Shown: positions 9,267 to 22,222 of the stretch, piece by piece
Numbering within the stretch: the stretch's first letter is position 1
Layout: every line of letters begins with the position of its first letter
Source: Thermoprotei archaeon
GTDB taxonomy: Archaea; Thermoproteota; Thermoprotei; Thermoproteales; B15-G16
Direction of reading: 5' to 3'
Assembly: GCA_003649205.1 (NCBI GenBank)
Contig: QMRC01000002.1
Span: forward strand, 224,001 to 288,000
DNA: 64,000 bases
Position numbers and translations under genes: made by a program
Notes under the pieces: model-generated
The model's database searches: none
Told to the model about the DNA's origin: nothing
What the model saw: only the letters and a program-made list of their open reading frames with translations

Positions 9267-9983
9267 ATGAGGTACTTGCAGAGGTACCTATACTACTACG
9301 GTGATGAGAGGTATATTGTAGGTACGTGGTTGAGGTCATTACTGTACTACAAAGACTCGTCTCTTAGCTCGTACGAAGTTTCACTCATGTCTCAGGTAGC
9401 TTATAGTGACTTGCTCAATTACCTCCTAGTTAAGTGGGGCATACTACGTAGACAGAGAGGTAGTGGTGATCCACTACTTCTTCTAAGTGAGAGACTGAAT
9501 TACGAGTTACGTACTAGACCAATGAAGTTGTATAAGTTAATTGATGACTGGTTGGATTTCTGGTTAGTTAAGTGGAGACAAAGAGTGAAGTTAGTTTTTA
9601 GTGAGTCAGAGCTTGAGAGTGCTAGTTTAAAGGAGTTGATTAGCGAGGTTGAGCCTGTCATCAGTAGGTTAGATGACTTAGTTACTAAGTTGTATAGAGC
9701 ACTTCTCCCTAAGCTCATAGACGTACTCGAGATATGTTTCACTAATGTGGTTCTCGATGGCTTGATTAAGACTGAAATTAAGAGAATGCTTGATGAGGCG
9801 GGTCTGAGGAGTGTTAGTGTCGAGAGTAAGGTTAAGTATATTCGAAGACATAAGGCTGTACTATACAGGAGATTAGTCAATAGGATACGTGAGCTACCAA
9901 AGCTCTCGGTACCACTGGTAATTTTGAGAGTTGATAGATCGATATTGGTTGGCAGTGATGTGAAGCCACTTCTCTACACGTAA
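9267..9983 (+). CDS. Hypothetical protein (true start possibly near 9387)
   Basis: Long ORF with normal codon usage; WLDFWLVKWRQRVKL segment. Confidence 0.6.
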   Translation: MRYLQRYLYYYGDERYIVGTWLRSLLYYKDSSLSSYEVSLMSQVAYSDLLNYLLVKWGILRRQRGSGDPLLLLSERLNYELRTRPMKLYKLIDDWLDFWLVKWRQRVKLVFSESELESASLKELISEVEPVISRLDDLVTKLYRALLPKLIDVLEICFTNVVLDGLIKTEIKRMLDEAGLRSVSVESKVKYIRRHKAVLYRRLVNRIRELPKLSVPLVILRVDRSILVGSDVKPLLYT

Positions 9984-10759
9984 TCCAGTATAGATGGCTT
10001 TCCTCTCACTACCTCACCTGTAGCTCTTTTAACCTCAACTAACTTAAGATCAGGTAACTCAATAACTGTTATACCTTTTCTCGCAGGAAGTGAAGTACTT
10101 ACGAAAAGTGTAGAGCCTATCCTCAGCTCAGTGACCTTAGCATTATGAGCATGAGCATAGAGCACTAGGTCAACCTTACTCTCTAGAACGACTCTCTCCA
10201 TAGCTTGTGAACCCATTTCAGGCCATATTCTCCTATCCTCACCTTCGAGTAACTTGAATGAAGGTACGTAGTGGGTTAACAGTATCAGTACATCGACTGA
10301 ACTCCTCAACCTCTTAAGCTCACTCTCTATGACCTTTAGCCTCTCAGAGTATACCCTGTATATGTTGGGTATGTGTTTTCTCTGCCATGAGGTAGGTCTA
10401 TCGAGTACACCTCTAGTACCAACTACACCTACCTTAACCCCATTAATCATCAGTACTATCGACGAATCGTCAAGCCACGTAATTTCCGGATACATCTCCT
10501 TCAGCTTGTCCTTAACATCATCGTACTCCTCATTACCGAAACAAGCTAGTATCCTAACACCTCTCCACTTCTCGTTTAGCAATGTAAGGACCTCACGAAG
10601 GTGCTCAACACGACCCCGATATATGATGTCGCCCGACAATAGTACCAAGTTTGGAACTACAGTAATTTCCTGAAGGCATGCTCTTAGGAGGTTGATGTAC
10701 TTTGGTGAGTGAACGTCACCGAAGGCTACGAGAATCGGAGACATTATCGATACCTCCAT
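9974..10759 (-). CDS. Calcineurin-like metallophosphoesterase
   Basis: GDVH, SGD, FGNEE, THY, AHAH motifs. Confidence 0.88.
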   Translation of the reverse strand: MEVSIMSPILVAFGDVHSPKYINLLRACLQEITVVPNLVLLSGDIIYRGRVEHLREVLTLLNEKWRGVRILACFGNEEYDDVKDKLKEMYPEITWLDDSSIVLMINGVKVGVVGTRGVLDRPTSWQRKHIPNIYRVYSERLKVIESELKRLRSSVDVLILLTHYVPSFKLLEGEDRRIWPEMGSQAMERVVLESKVDLVLYAHAHNAKVTELRIGSTLFVSTSLPARKGITVIELPDLKLVEVKRATGEVVRGKPSILDYV

Positions 10760-10762
10760 GAT

Positions 10763-10830
10763 TGTGAAGGGCGCCCAAAGACAACCGTGTTCATCGGAAG
10801 CCAGAGCTACCTCACACGGTTGGGAGGCCC
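10763..10830 (-). ncRNA. H/ACA-like pseudouridylation guide RNA candidate
   Basis: CAACCGTGT/ACACGGTTG stem topped by TGAG..GATGA K-turn, 16-nt 3' strand, terminal ACA; TTTAAG upstream. Confidence 0.65.
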
Positions 10831-10871
10831 AATTACTAAAGCTTAATTGACAACTTAAAAACTATACCCCT

Positions 10872-10991
10872 TTAGGCGCGAAAGTACTTACCACAGCTCA
10901 AGCATTTGACCAATTTACCCTTCTCTCCATAGTCGCGTACCACAACCACATTAGTTGAACCACATCTGCACTTGAGCTCCTTATTCCGCAT
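10872..10991 (-). CDS. Small zinc-ribbon protein (39 aa), not in ORF track
   Basis: MRNKELKCRCGS...VKCLSCGKYFRA; GAGGT Shine-Dalgarno upstream. Confidence 0.6.
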   Translation of the reverse strand: MRNKELKCRCGSTNVVVVRDYGEKGKLVKCLSCGKYFRA

Positions 10992-11055
10992 ATGTGCTAC
11001 CTCGTGGATTCTACGATGTGTGAAAACTGAATAAATCCTTTGCTCTACTCGTAAA

Positions 11056-11484
11056 CTACATCACACCTGTTGAAGTTGTTTGCTTTACTTGCTGTGGCTG
11101 TGGTGTCGGTATTGGTGGTGGTAGTCCAAGTTCACGAGAGAAGAGAAGCACCTCGAAGTAACAGTGCTGGAATACAGCTGTGAATATTGGCTGTGGAACA
11201 ATACCCTTCTCAAGATCTTTCATCAACTTCTCTAGTGAAGTTTCATCACTAAACCTAACCTCAGCAACACCCTTAACTGTCATTGTGAGTACAGGTGGTG
11301 ATGTTGAGACAGTTAGTGTGAAAGGTAGTATTACCCTCGTGCCCTCTCTAATTACCTGACCAGAGGGAAGTGCTAGCTGTAGCTGCATCTGTAGTTGACC
11401 ACCTACCATATTCACTAGCTTCTCTGCATGTATGTAGTTAAGTGCTATAGATAGCTGAAACTTACTCTCCACAGATCCCACCAC
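11056..11484 (-). CDS. Hypothetical protein (possible SecB-like fold)
   Basis: Beta-rich ORF ending in LGLPPPIP, the pattern of archaeal SecB-like proteins. Confidence 0.6.
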   Translation of the reverse strand: MVGSVESKFQLSIALNYIHAEKLVNMVGGQLQMQLQLALPSGQVIREGTRVILPFTLTVSTSPPVLTMTVKGVAEVRFSDETSLEKLMKDLEKGIVPQPIFTAVFQHCYFEVLLFSRELGLPPPIPTPQPQQVKQTTSTGVM

Positions 11485-11593
11485 ACTAATGCAATCAGTA
11501 CTATATGCATGATGGTATGACGATCTTTTAAGTGTTCACACTCCAAATAGAGTGAGTTAATTAGAGAGATAACTTGGTAGAGATTGATAAGTC

Positions 11594-14434
11594 GTGACCA
11601 CAGCATTTGATCTACTACATCCAAAACTCAGGAACGTATTACCGAAGTTTGGGTACGAGAGGCCTACTCCAGTTCAGGAAAGAGCAATACCTACGATACT
11701 TGCCGGACACCATACACTAATCGTGGCACCTACTGGTACAGGTAAGACAGAAGCAGCTATGTTCCCTGTAATTAGTAGACTACTGGAGTTGAGAGATAGG
11801 GGTGAGCTAGGTAGAGGAACCTACGTCCTCTACATAACTCCACTTAGAGCACTGAATAGGGATATCTTGAGGAGGATGAAGGATCTAGCTGAGGTACTCG
11901 GTCTTAAGGTTGCCATTAGGCATGGTGATACGCCTGAAGTTGAGAGGAGAAGACAAGTTAAGGAACCTCCAACGATCTTGATAACTACACCAGAGACCCT
12001 TCAGTTTATTATTGTTGGTAAGAAGTTGAGAGAGACATTGAGATCTCTTAGATGGGTTATTGTTGATGAAGTACATGAGATAATGTACGATAAACGTGGA
12101 ACACAGCTATCACTTGCTCTCGAACGTCTAGTTGATGTTGTTGAGAGAGAGTTCCAGAGGATTGGTTTATCAGCGACGATAGGCGACGTAGAGCTAGCTA
12201 GGAGGTTCTTAGGTGGTACCTCGAGAAGGGTTGAGGTCATTAATGTCGGTGCTGAGCGAAAATTAGATGTCCGTGTTGAGTGGGTTTACTCACGTGAAGA
12301 TCCTAGTGACGAGAGGAAGAACCTCGAAGCTAGATTGGATAGGATACGTGAGATTATTGCTGAATCTACTTCAGTTCTACTCTTCACCAACACCAGAGAT
12401 ACAGCTGAATCACTTGCAGTGAAGTTACGTAATTTGGAGGTAGATGCTAGAGTTCACCATGGTTCACTATCTCGAGAGTACAGGGAACGTGTCGAGTATG
12501 AGTTCAAGGTTGGTGATGTTAGGACCGTAGTGTGTACCTCTAGTCTTGAGCTTGGTATTGACATTGGTCACGTAGATCTAGTCATTCAGTACATGAGCCC
12601 AAGACAAGTAACAAGACTAATCCAGAGAGTAGGGAGAAGCAAGCATAGATTAGGTGAAGCAGCTAAGGGTATAGTCATGACAGCTGACCTAGATGATACT
12701 CTCGAGGCCATGGTTATTGCTAGGAGGGCAGTACAGGGAAAGCTAGAGAAGTTTAGACCTCACTTCAATGCTCTAGATGTCCTAGCTCACCAAGTAATTG
12801 GTTACCTCCTAGTCAAGAGGGTAGCTACCATAGACGAGCTATATGAGCTAGCTAGGAGATCTTATCTGTACTCTAGACTAAGGTTAGAGGACTTAGTTAA
12901 GGTACTGAGATTCCTCGAGGAAATTAGATACATTAAGTTCATTGACGAGAAGACAGTTAGGTTGAGGAGAGGTACCTACAGGTACTACTTTGAGAGCGCA
13001 TCCATGATACCTGACGTGAGACACTACAGAGTAATTGACATAGCTTCAGGAAGTACGGTAGGTGAGCTAGATGAGGACTTCGTTGCTGTGTATTGTGAAC
13101 CTGGGTTCAAATTCATATTGGGAGGTTCGGTTTGGGAGGTTGTATCAGTAGATCATGATAACTTCAAGGTAAGTGTTGAACCAGCTGGAGACACGATAGG
13201 GGCTGTACCAGCTTGGATAGGCGAAGAAATTCCAGTACCTTTTGAAGTAGCGCAGGAAGTAGGTGAAGTTAGGTCAAGGATCCTCAGCTACATTGAAGAG
13301 GGTAGAGCTAAGGAAGCTATAGACTACCTAGTGCATGAGTATCCCTGTACAAGAGCAACAGCAGAGAGAGTAGTTGATGAACTACTTAAACAGCATAGTT
13401 CAGGAATACCAACAGCAACACACAGTACAGTTGTAATTGAAAGTCAAGGCAGAATTCACGTAATACATGCTTGCTTTGGTACTAAAGTTAATGAGACACT
13501 GGCACACCTAATACCAGTTGTACTACAGAGGAAGTACTACATATCAGCAGTAGCACGTCGAGATCCATACAGAATACTCGTAATCACCACGAGACCTGTG
13601 AGAGTAGATGTAGTGCTTGATTCACTACTCAGCATAGACAGTGTAGAGGAGCTACTTGTTGAAGCGATTAAGGGTAGTAAGCTCTTTCTCTGGAGACTAT
13701 TCCACGTAGCTAGGAGATTCGGATTACTTACAAAGGACGCAACAATGAAGGATATCAGGAAGATCTACGAATCGATAAGAGACACTGTAGTCGAGGAAGA
13801 AGCAATTCGAGAATTACTCACAGATACATTCGACGTAAGCAAGACAGAGAAAGTACTCGACCTAATCAAGAGTAAAAGCATCGAGATAAAGGCAGTGGAG
13901 GTAACCACATTTTCATCATTATCAACCCCAATACTCTACACCTACATGAGACTAAACTACGTACCAGCAACAGCAACACCCTCAGTACTTGTAGACCTAG
14001 TTAAAAAGAGAATAAATGAGAGAGAAGTCAAGCTCCTATGCATAAGGTGTCTTAAGTGGTGCTACGACGTGAAGGTAAAGTACGTACCAGATGACATCAA
14101 GTGCCCAGTCTGCGGTGCTAGGACAATAGCCGTCTTACACCCAAGAGACGATCTGAATAGAGTAATCAAGCTACTTACCGAGACCAAGACAAAAACCAAG
14201 AAGAAGCTAAGTAAAGAAGATCAAAAACTTCTCGAGAGAGTTAGGAAAACAGCACTCCTCGTACTAAATTACGGAAAGAGAGCAGTAATAGCACTAGCAG
14301 GGAGAGGAATTGGACCAGCAACAGCAGTAAAGATATTGAATAAGGCTAGAGAAGCAGGTGAAGAAGCACTATACCTAGCAATACTTGAAGCAGAACGAGA
14401 ATACGCAAGAACAAGACCATTCTGGGAAGACTAA
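11594..14434 (+). CDS. lhr: Lhr-family SF2 helicase
   Basis: APTGTGKT, DEVH, SAT, HHGSLS, SLELGIDIG, QRVGRS; C-terminal Zn finger. Confidence 0.93.
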   Translation: MTTAFDLLHPKLRNVLPKFGYERPTPVQERAIPTILAGHHTLIVAPTGTGKTEAAMFPVISRLLELRDRGELGRGTYVLYITPLRALNRDILRRMKDLAEVLGLKVAIRHGDTPEVERRRQVKEPPTILITTPETLQFIIVGKKLRETLRSLRWVIVDEVHEIMYDKRGTQLSLALERLVDVVEREFQRIGLSATIGDVELARRFLGGTSRRVEVINVGAERKLDVRVEWVYSREDPSDERKNLEARLDRIREIIAESTSVLLFTNTRDTAESLAVKLRNLEVDARVHHGSLSREYRERVEYEFKVGDVRTVVCTSSLELGIDIGHVDLVIQYMSPRQVTRLIQRVGRSKHRLGEAAKGIVMTADLDDTLEAMVIARRAVQGKLEKFRPHFNALDVLAHQVIGYLLVKRVATIDELYELARRSYLYSRLRLEDLVKVLRFLEEIRYIKFIDEKTVRLRRGTYRYYFESASMIPDVRHYRVIDIASGSTVGELDEDFVAVYCEPGFKFILGGSVWEVVSVDHDNFKVSVEPAGDTIGAVPAWIGEEIPVPFEVAQEVGEVRSRILSYIEEGRAKEAIDYLVHEYPCTRATAERVVDELLKQHSSGIPTATHSTVVIESQGRIHVIHACFGTKVNETLAHLIPVVLQRKYYISAVARRDPYRILVITTRPVRVDVVLDSLLSIDSVEELLVEAIKGSKLFLWRLFHVARRFGLLTKDATMKDIRKIYESIRDTVVEEEAIRELLTDTFDVSKTEKVLDLIKSKSIEIKAVEVTTFSSLSTPILYTYMRLNYVPATATPSVLVDLVKKRINEREVKLLCIRCLKWCYDVKVKYVPDDIKCPVCGARTIAVLHPRDDLNRVIKLLTETKTKTKKKLSKEDQKLLERVRKTALLVLNYGKRAVIALAGRGIGPATAVKILNKAREAGEEALYLAILEAEREYARTRPFWED

Positions 14435-14505
14435 GAGCTAGAGCAGGCTATAAACCATGACATAAAAGAGAAATAACCCCCTAAACCTCACAACAAGTAG
14501 AAAAC

Positions 14506-14596
14506 GGCCCCGTCGTCTAGCGGTTAGGATGCCCGCCTTACGAGCACCTGCTGAGAGAGCGGGAGGTCCCGGGTTCGAATCCCGGCGGGGCCACCA
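14506..14596 (+). tRNA. tRNA-Val(UAC) with 15-nt intron at 37/38 (14543-14557)
   Basis: CCCGC-CT-TAC-G[AGCACCTGCTGAGAG]A-GCGGG; encoded CCA. Confidence 0.93.
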
Positions 14597-14802
14597 AATC
14601 AATACACTTCGTAAACCCCTCCCTCGGTAGCTCCTATACCTATAGCACCTAACCTAAGCTGTCAGCTACTCAAGATTACTTACTCCAGTTTCTTACTCCT
14701 GATCTGTTCTTTTCGTTTGATGTCCTGTTCGTATGCTTGAGAGAAAGTTTATTTACTCTCTTCACCTGCCTCCTCGCAGGATTGAGGTAGAGTTGGTGTG
14801 GT

Positions 14803-15585
14803 TTGTTCCCTATGGTTACTCTAGTAGCCTTTCTCCTAGTCGTATTCTTCTCAATAATAATTGTCAGGATTGGTACTGTTGCTCTTCAGATGACTGGTCT
14901 ATCTAGAGATGTTGCTGCTTTCCAGGCTCAATCCGCTTTCTCAGGTGTTGGCTTTACCACCTCTGAATCTGAGTACGTTGTTTCTCATCCCGTTAGGAGA
15001 AGGATTATCAGGATCCTTATGTTGCTTGGTAGTGCTGGTTTCACATCTGCTATTACGACTCTTGTACTTACCTTCATCGGTAAGACTCCTGAGGAGATGG
15101 CTTACAGAGGTATGTGGTTAGCGATCTGTTTAGCTGGTCTCTACTTCTTTGCTAAATCTAAACTCGTTGATAGGGGTCTGTCCTGGGTTATTGAGAGGGC
15201 ACTTAGGAGGTTCACTAGCTTAAGAGTTTGCGATTACGAGCAGTTGCTTGGTCTCAGTAAGGGATTTACTGTCTGTCAGTTCAGGGTTAAGGAAGATAGT
15301 TGGTTAGCTGGTAGGAAGTTAAGGGATCTCAAGCTAGATGAGGAGGGTGTCCTCGTCCTAGCTATCTATAGGAGGGTTGGTGGCGAGGAGAAGTTTATTG
15401 GTGCCCCTAGGGGCGATACCGAGATTCTCCCTGGTGATGTATTGGTGTGCTATGGTCCTGAAGAAGCTATTAGGAATCTCTCCATTAGGATCAAGGGTGC
15501 TAAGGGTGATGCAGAACACCTTGAAGCCATTAGGAAGGAGCAGATCAGGAGACGCATGAGAGAACTATCTGGAGGATACGATTAG
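14803..15585 (+). CDS. Membrane protein with TrkA-C (RCK_C) domain
   Basis: N-terminal TM helices, SAFSGVGFTTSESE pore-like motif, C-terminal RCK_C. Confidence 0.85.
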   Translation: MFPMVTLVAFLLVVFFSIIIVRIGTVALQMTGLSRDVAAFQAQSAFSGVGFTTSESEYVVSHPVRRRIIRILMLLGSAGFTSAITTLVLTFIGKTPEEMAYRGMWLAICLAGLYFFAKSKLVDRGLSWVIERALRRFTSLRVCDYEQLLGLSKGFTVCQFRVKEDSWLAGRKLRDLKLDEEGVLVLAIYRRVGGEEKFIGAPRGDTEILPGDVLVCYGPEEAIRNLSIRIKGAKGDAEHLEAIRKEQIRRRMRELSGGYD

Positions 15586-15642
15586 CTACTTTTTCTTCCT
15601 ACTTCGTTTTACTGATGTAGTTAGTTACTGAATTTCTTCAAC

Positions 15643-16107
15643 TTAAAGTACTATGAGATATATCTCGAGTATAGTGTTTGGCTTGTTCCTGAGTACGTTA
15701 ATTAATTCTCTACTGATGTCACATGCTGCTTTACTCGCTCTTACACCTAGGGTCCTATCGTCAATGTATGTGCTTCTCCTCACTACTATTGACTTAGGGT
15801 TGCTTAGTGTAAGTTCTCTAGATCCCCACGCCTCAACTACATCAACTATCTTCCCTACCCTTAGGACTAGTAGTAGCTTTCTACCATCTCTAATATACTT
15901 CTTAACTCTTGGATCTAGGTCACGTACCGACTTGTTAGCGTTTACACCCACTATGCAAGTACCTCTAGGTGTTAGGTATGGCTCCTTAGTTACCTCTAAT
16001 GTTGTTCTGTGAGTTGCTGTTATCAGTGGATGTCCCTGTGCTTTAATGGTGTCGATTGCTACGTAGCTTAGACTCTTCAGTATCTCAGTTAGGTGAGGAT
16101 CTCTCAT
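15643..16107 (-). CDS. DUF371 family protein
   Basis: GHPLITATHRTTLEVTKE..LTPRGTCIVGV. Confidence 0.85.
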   Translation of the reverse strand: MRDPHLTEILKSLSYVAIDTIKAQGHPLITATHRTTLEVTKEPYLTPRGTCIVGVNANKSVRDLDPRVKKYIRDGRKLLLVLRVGKIVDVVEAWGSRELTLSNPKSIVVRRSTYIDDRTLGVRASKAACDISRELINVLRNKPNTILEIYLIVL

Positions 16108-16116
16108 CTAGGGATA

Positions 16117-16800
16117 CTAGGGTGAACCGTACTTACCTCTCAATTTAACAAAGACGCAGTACGTTATGAATTTCCTACGTATTTCACCACTCTCAGTCTT
16201 CTCTATGAGGAGAAGTTCCTGCGTCCAACCTCTCTCTACAGGTATTACCATTCTACCTCCAGGTGCTAGCTGTTCGATGAGTGGTTCAGGTACTCTCGGT
16301 GCCGCTGCTGTTACAAGTATTGCGTTGTAGGGTGCATACTCGGGATAGCCTTCACTACCATCACCGCATACTACCTTGACTCTATCTATGTACCCTGTCC
16401 TAGTTAGGTTCTCTATTGCGTACCTAACTAATTCAGGAAATATCTCGATGCTAACTACAAATCCTTTCTTCTCTGAGTACTTCGGTGCAACGATTTCTGC
16501 ACAGAGTGCTGCGTGGTATCCTGTTCCCGTACCTATTTCCAATACCTTATCTCCCTCCTTTAGCTGTAGTGCTTCGCACATTATTGCACACATGTGTGGT
16601 GCTGATATTGTTTGGTTAAGGAATGTCGGTAATGGGTTATCTAGGTATGAGTAGAGTCTGTGTTGGTAGGTCACGAACTCTTCTCTTGGTACTACGAGAA
16701 ATGCTCTGATGACGTTTGGTGACTTAAGTACTCCTTCCTCCATTAGCATCTGTACTAATCTCTTCCTCTGTCTTAAGAAGGCTTGTTTATCGAGCATCAT
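16117..16800 (-). CDS. pcm: Protein-L-isoaspartate O-methyltransferase
   Basis: VPREEF, QTISAPHM, LEIGTGTGY, QLAPGGRMVIP. Confidence 0.95.
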   Translation of the reverse strand: MMLDKQAFLRQRKRLVQMLMEEGVLKSPNVIRAFLVVPREEFVTYQHRLYSYLDNPLPTFLNQTISAPHMCAIMCEALQLKEGDKVLEIGTGTGYHAALCAEIVAPKYSEKKGFVVSIEIFPELVRYAIENLTRTGYIDRVKVVCGDGSEGYPEYAPYNAILVTAAAPRVPEPLIEQLAPGGRMVIPVERGWTQELLLIEKTESGEIRRKFITYCVFVKLRGKYGSP

Positions 16801-16801
16801 C

Positions 16802-17845
16802 TCAGAACCAAGCCTCTAGACTACTCTGTGTCTTAATCTCTCTGAGTGCTTTAATCGCACGGTCAAGTGCTCTCTCTACTCGATCTCTTGAAAAGTCATG
16901 TTCATAGCACAGAAACCTAATGACTGCTTGCTTATCGGGTTCTCTCCACTCAAGTACGTACCTATCTGTTACACTTGGATTTAGAAACCATTCCCTAATC
17001 TTAAGTGGTTCTACTGGGAACTTAGCATTCTTTAGGTATGGTGTATTTAGTAGCTTCTCAAGTGATCCAAATTGTCTTATCAATCTTAGTGCTGTCTTGG
17101 GCCCTATACCTGGTACACCATCTGGATTGTAGTCTGTACCTAGTAGTATTGCTATGTCGATTAGCTGCTCCCTAGTTAGCTTCAAGTCCTTGAGCACATC
17201 ATCGAGAGCGATGAGTTCGGGCTTTACCTCTATGTACACATCCTTACCTGGTAACTTCCTCCTACCTGTAATAGTTAGGTTTCTAACTAGTCTAGGTGCA
17301 CCATAGAGTAGTGCATCGTAGTCTTGACTAGCTGCTGCCCATACATCTCCTTTTCTAGCCATGTAGGCTGCCTGTGCTTCACCTTCTGACGGTGCTTGTA
17401 CCCACGGTATACCCATGTATGTGAGTAGCTCTTTAGCGTCCTTAACCATCTCATCAGTTAGCTTAGAGGCTTGCTGTGCATACTTCTTAGCTGCTGCTAA
17501 GTCTCCTCTAGCTATTGCCTCTTCATACTTCTTCAGTGCTTCTTCCTTCATGGTCTTTCTCTTCAGTATCTCAATAGCTTTCATCTCTGGCGGCTTACCA
17601 TCAAATACGTACACTGGCTTAATACCGTGCTCAAGTAAGTTCACAGTCCGGTACAGTAGGCCGCTTAGGTGACTTGTAATCCTTCCTTTTGAATCCATTA
17701 GTGGTGTACCGTTAGGCTGCCTTATAGATGCCAGGAACTGATAGAGTGCGTTGTAGGCGTCTAGTGCAATAGCCTTACCTCTCAGCTGCTCCAGATCAAT
17801 GGTTGATCTCTTCGTTATTAGTTCACCAAAGTTCTTTACACCCAC
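16802..17845 (-). CDS. fen: Flap endonuclease 1
   Basis: MGV start, [22 protein letters not shown]-terminal PIP box QSSLEAWF. Confidence 0.97.
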   Translation of the reverse strand: MGVKNFGELITKRSTIDLEQLRGKAIALDAYNALYQFLASIRQPNGTPLMDSKGRITSHLSGLLYRTVNLLEHGIKPVYVFDGKPPEMKAIEILKRKTMKEEALKKYEEAIARGDLAAAKKYAQQASKLTDEMVKDAKELLTYMGIPWVQAPSEGEAQAAYMARKGDVWAAASQDYDALLYGAPRLVRNLTITGRRKLPGKDVYIEVKPELIALDDVLKDLKLTREQLIDIAILLGTDYNPDGVPGIGPKTALRLIRQFGSLEKLLNTPYLKNAKFPVEPLKIREWFLNPSVTDRYVLEWREPDKQAVIRFLCYEHDFSRDRVERALDRAIKALREIKTQSSLEAWF

Positions 17846-17860
17846 GTTATGACCCTCATC

Positions 17861-18099
17861 TCACAGTCTCTTAGCTATCTTAATAAGCCTTATCCCCCTC
17901 CTCATCTCCTCAACCTGAATTAGTCCTTCCAGTTCAAGTCTCATCAAGGTCTTAATGACTTCGCTCCTAGCTATGTCGTCCCCGTAAATAGCCTTCAGAG
18001 CTTCCATTAGCTCATCCTCTCTTATCTGCTGCTTTTTCCTAACGATCTCCAGTATAGCTACGTGAAGTGGGATAGAGAATTTACTTGACATAGAGATCA

Positions 18100-18100
<1 letters not shown>
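17861..18100 (-). CDS. Small winged-helix protein
   Basis: wHTH-like pattern; in operon between cdc48 and fen. Confidence 0.65.
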
Positions 18101-20298
<2,198 letters not shown>

Positions 20299-20403
20299 TC
20301 ACACCACAGCACTACTGCAAAAGTAGTCCTCGTTAGTAATCTTAGTCAGGGAGAGAAATAAAGTCCCTTCTTAAAAAGTAGCTGTTAAGCACGCTAGAGA
20401 TCT

Positions 20404-20700
20404 CTAAACGAACATCCTAGTTATGTAGATTACCTCTACCTGGCTAACGTCATCTATACTCGATATAGCTCTCTCAAGAGGTTCTGTACCACCGGTAGTT
20501 TCTTCAGGTATCACAACATGTACCTTAAGAGCCTTTAGACCAAAGGCTATAGGTTCCTCCTCAATCTTAACTAGCTGAAACTCCTTCGGCAAAACTTCAC
20601 CAATCTTCTTCTTCAACTCCTCTAAGTTAACCTCAATGCCTTTCGGAAATACCCTCGCTACTACGTATACTCGTCCTCCTCCGCTACTCATAGACTTCAC
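20404..20700 (-). CDS. ef1b: Elongation factor 1-beta
   Basis: EEPIAFGLKAL motif. Confidence 0.93.
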   Translation of the reverse strand: MKSMSSGGGRVYVVARVFPKGIEVNLEELKKKIGEVLPKEFQLVKIEEEPIAFGLKALKVHVVIPEETTGGTEPLERAISSIDDVSQVEVIYITRMFV

Positions 20701-20910
20701 CTACGGACCTTCAAAACCACATTTTGGACACTTATAAGTGTTTGCTAGTCTCCTACATCTCTCACAACGCCAGATAACTACTTCACCACAGTTAGGACAG
20801 AGAAATCTAGCTGCTCTCTCGTACGGTGGTATGGTTCTTCCACATGAACTGCATACAGGTAGCTCCAGCTGATCTCTAGGTGTCTTAGCTACCATACTTA
20901 ATCCCACCAT
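20701..20910 (-). CDS. DUF1610/HVO_2753-type zinc-finger protein
   Basis: [27 protein letters not shown]; conserved neighbour of EF-1beta. Confidence 0.9.
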   Translation of the reverse strand: MVGLSMVAKTPRDQLELPVCSSCGRTIPPYERAARFLCPNCGEVVIWRCERCRRLANTYKCPKCGFEGP

Positions 20911-20912
20911 AG

Positions 20913-22220
20913 CTATGGCTCTAACCTATATCGGTCTCGTGGATACAGCACAACCTCCCTTATATCTTTCCTCCTCAACATCATCATGAGCAACCTACTT
21001 AATCCAAGACCCCAACCTGCATGAGGTGGCATACCGTACTTGAAGAACTGTAGATGCGAGCTGAAGCTCTGTGGATCTAGACCTTGTTCCCTAATCCTCC
21101 TCTCAAGTAAGTCCTTGTCGTGAATTCTAGTACCACCAGAAGCCACCTCTAGCCACTCAATGTTGAGATCAAAGCTCTCACTCTCTTCAGGATTATCGTC
21201 ACAGGGCTTAGTGTAGAATGGTCTTAGTGCTGTTGGCCAGTAGTAGATGAAGTATGGTTGTTGACCAACTCTCTCACTAAATACCTTGAGGTGGTAAGTG
21301 GAGAGATCATCACCCCACTTAACCTCAATACCTCTCTCAACTAGGTAATCAATGACTTCGCTGTACTTAAATCGTGGAAATGGTTTTTCAGGAACTCTGA
21401 GATCGATACCGAGTACCTGTAGCTCCCTCCTACACCTATCCTTCACTGATCTATAGATTTCGACTATCAGGTCCTCAAGTAACTCCATTACGTCGAACAT
21501 ATCGGCAAAAGCCATCTCAATGTCAACTGAGATGAATTCATTGAGGTGATAATTCGTGTCGTGTTTCTCAGCTCTAAATGCAGGTGCTATTTCGAATACT
21601 CTCTCAAAGACAGCACAGAGCTGCTCCTTATACAGCTGAGGGCTCTGGGCTAGGTAAGCTACCTTACCAAAGTAATCTACTCTGAAGAGATTTGCACCTC
21701 CTTCAGTTGCTGTGGCTATGATCTTAGGCGTGAAGACCTCTATGAAGCCACGTTCCACAAGGAAGCTCCTAATTACTTGAAGTACCGCATGCTGTATCCT
21801 GAAGATAGCCCAGTTCTCAGCTCTTCTCAAATCAAGTACCCTGTACTTCAACCTCGTATTCAGATCTGCTGGAGTCTTCCCAGTTATGTCAATTGGTACA
21901 ACTCGATCAGATTTACTAATGACCTCTATCTTATACGGAATGACCTCTATACCTAGCTTAGCTATTTGACTCTTCTTCACAACACCCTCGACATGGATTA
22001 CATCCTCTCTAGACAACGACTTAGCAATCTCAAGTACTTCACTAGGTACTGAACCAGCTTTAATCGTTAGCTGCACTATACCCTCCTTATCGCGAAGAAG
22101 TACGAACACTATCTTACCAAGGTCACGAACATCATGCACCCAACCCAGTAGGTGCACTACTCTACCATCCATCTCTGGAGAGAGTTGAGATGTAAAGACC
22201 CTACTCCTACACACCGGCAT
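20913..22220 (-). CDS. aspS: Aspartate--tRNA ligase (archaeal type)
   Basis: [29 protein letters not shown] motifs. Confidence 0.95.
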   Translation of the reverse strand: MPVCRSRVFTSQLSPEMDGRVVHLLGWVHDVRDLGKIVFVLLRDKEGIVQLTIKAGSVPSEVLEIAKSLSREDVIHVEGVVKKSQIAKLGIEVIPYKIEVISKSDRVVPIDITGKTPADLNTRLKYRVLDLRRAENWAIFRIQHAVLQVIRSFLVERGFIEVFTPKIIATATEGGANLFRVDYFGKVAYLAQSPQLYKEQLCAVFERVFEIAPAFRAEKHDTNYHLNEFISVDIEMAFADMFDVMELLEDLIVEIYRSVKDRCRRELQVLGIDLRVPEKPFPRFKYSEVIDYLVERGIEVKWGDDLSTYHLKVFSERVGQQPYFIYYWPTALRPFYTKPCDDNPEESESFDLNIEWLEVASGGTRIHDKDLLERRIREQGLDPQSFSSHLQFFKYGMPPHAGWGLGLSRLLMMMLRRKDIREVVLYPRDRYRLEP

Positions 22221-22222
22221 CG

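Noticed and set aside
9265-9335. Two TGATGA motifs at the start of ORF 9267
   Set aside because: Guide spacing is wrong and there is no good terminal CTGA.
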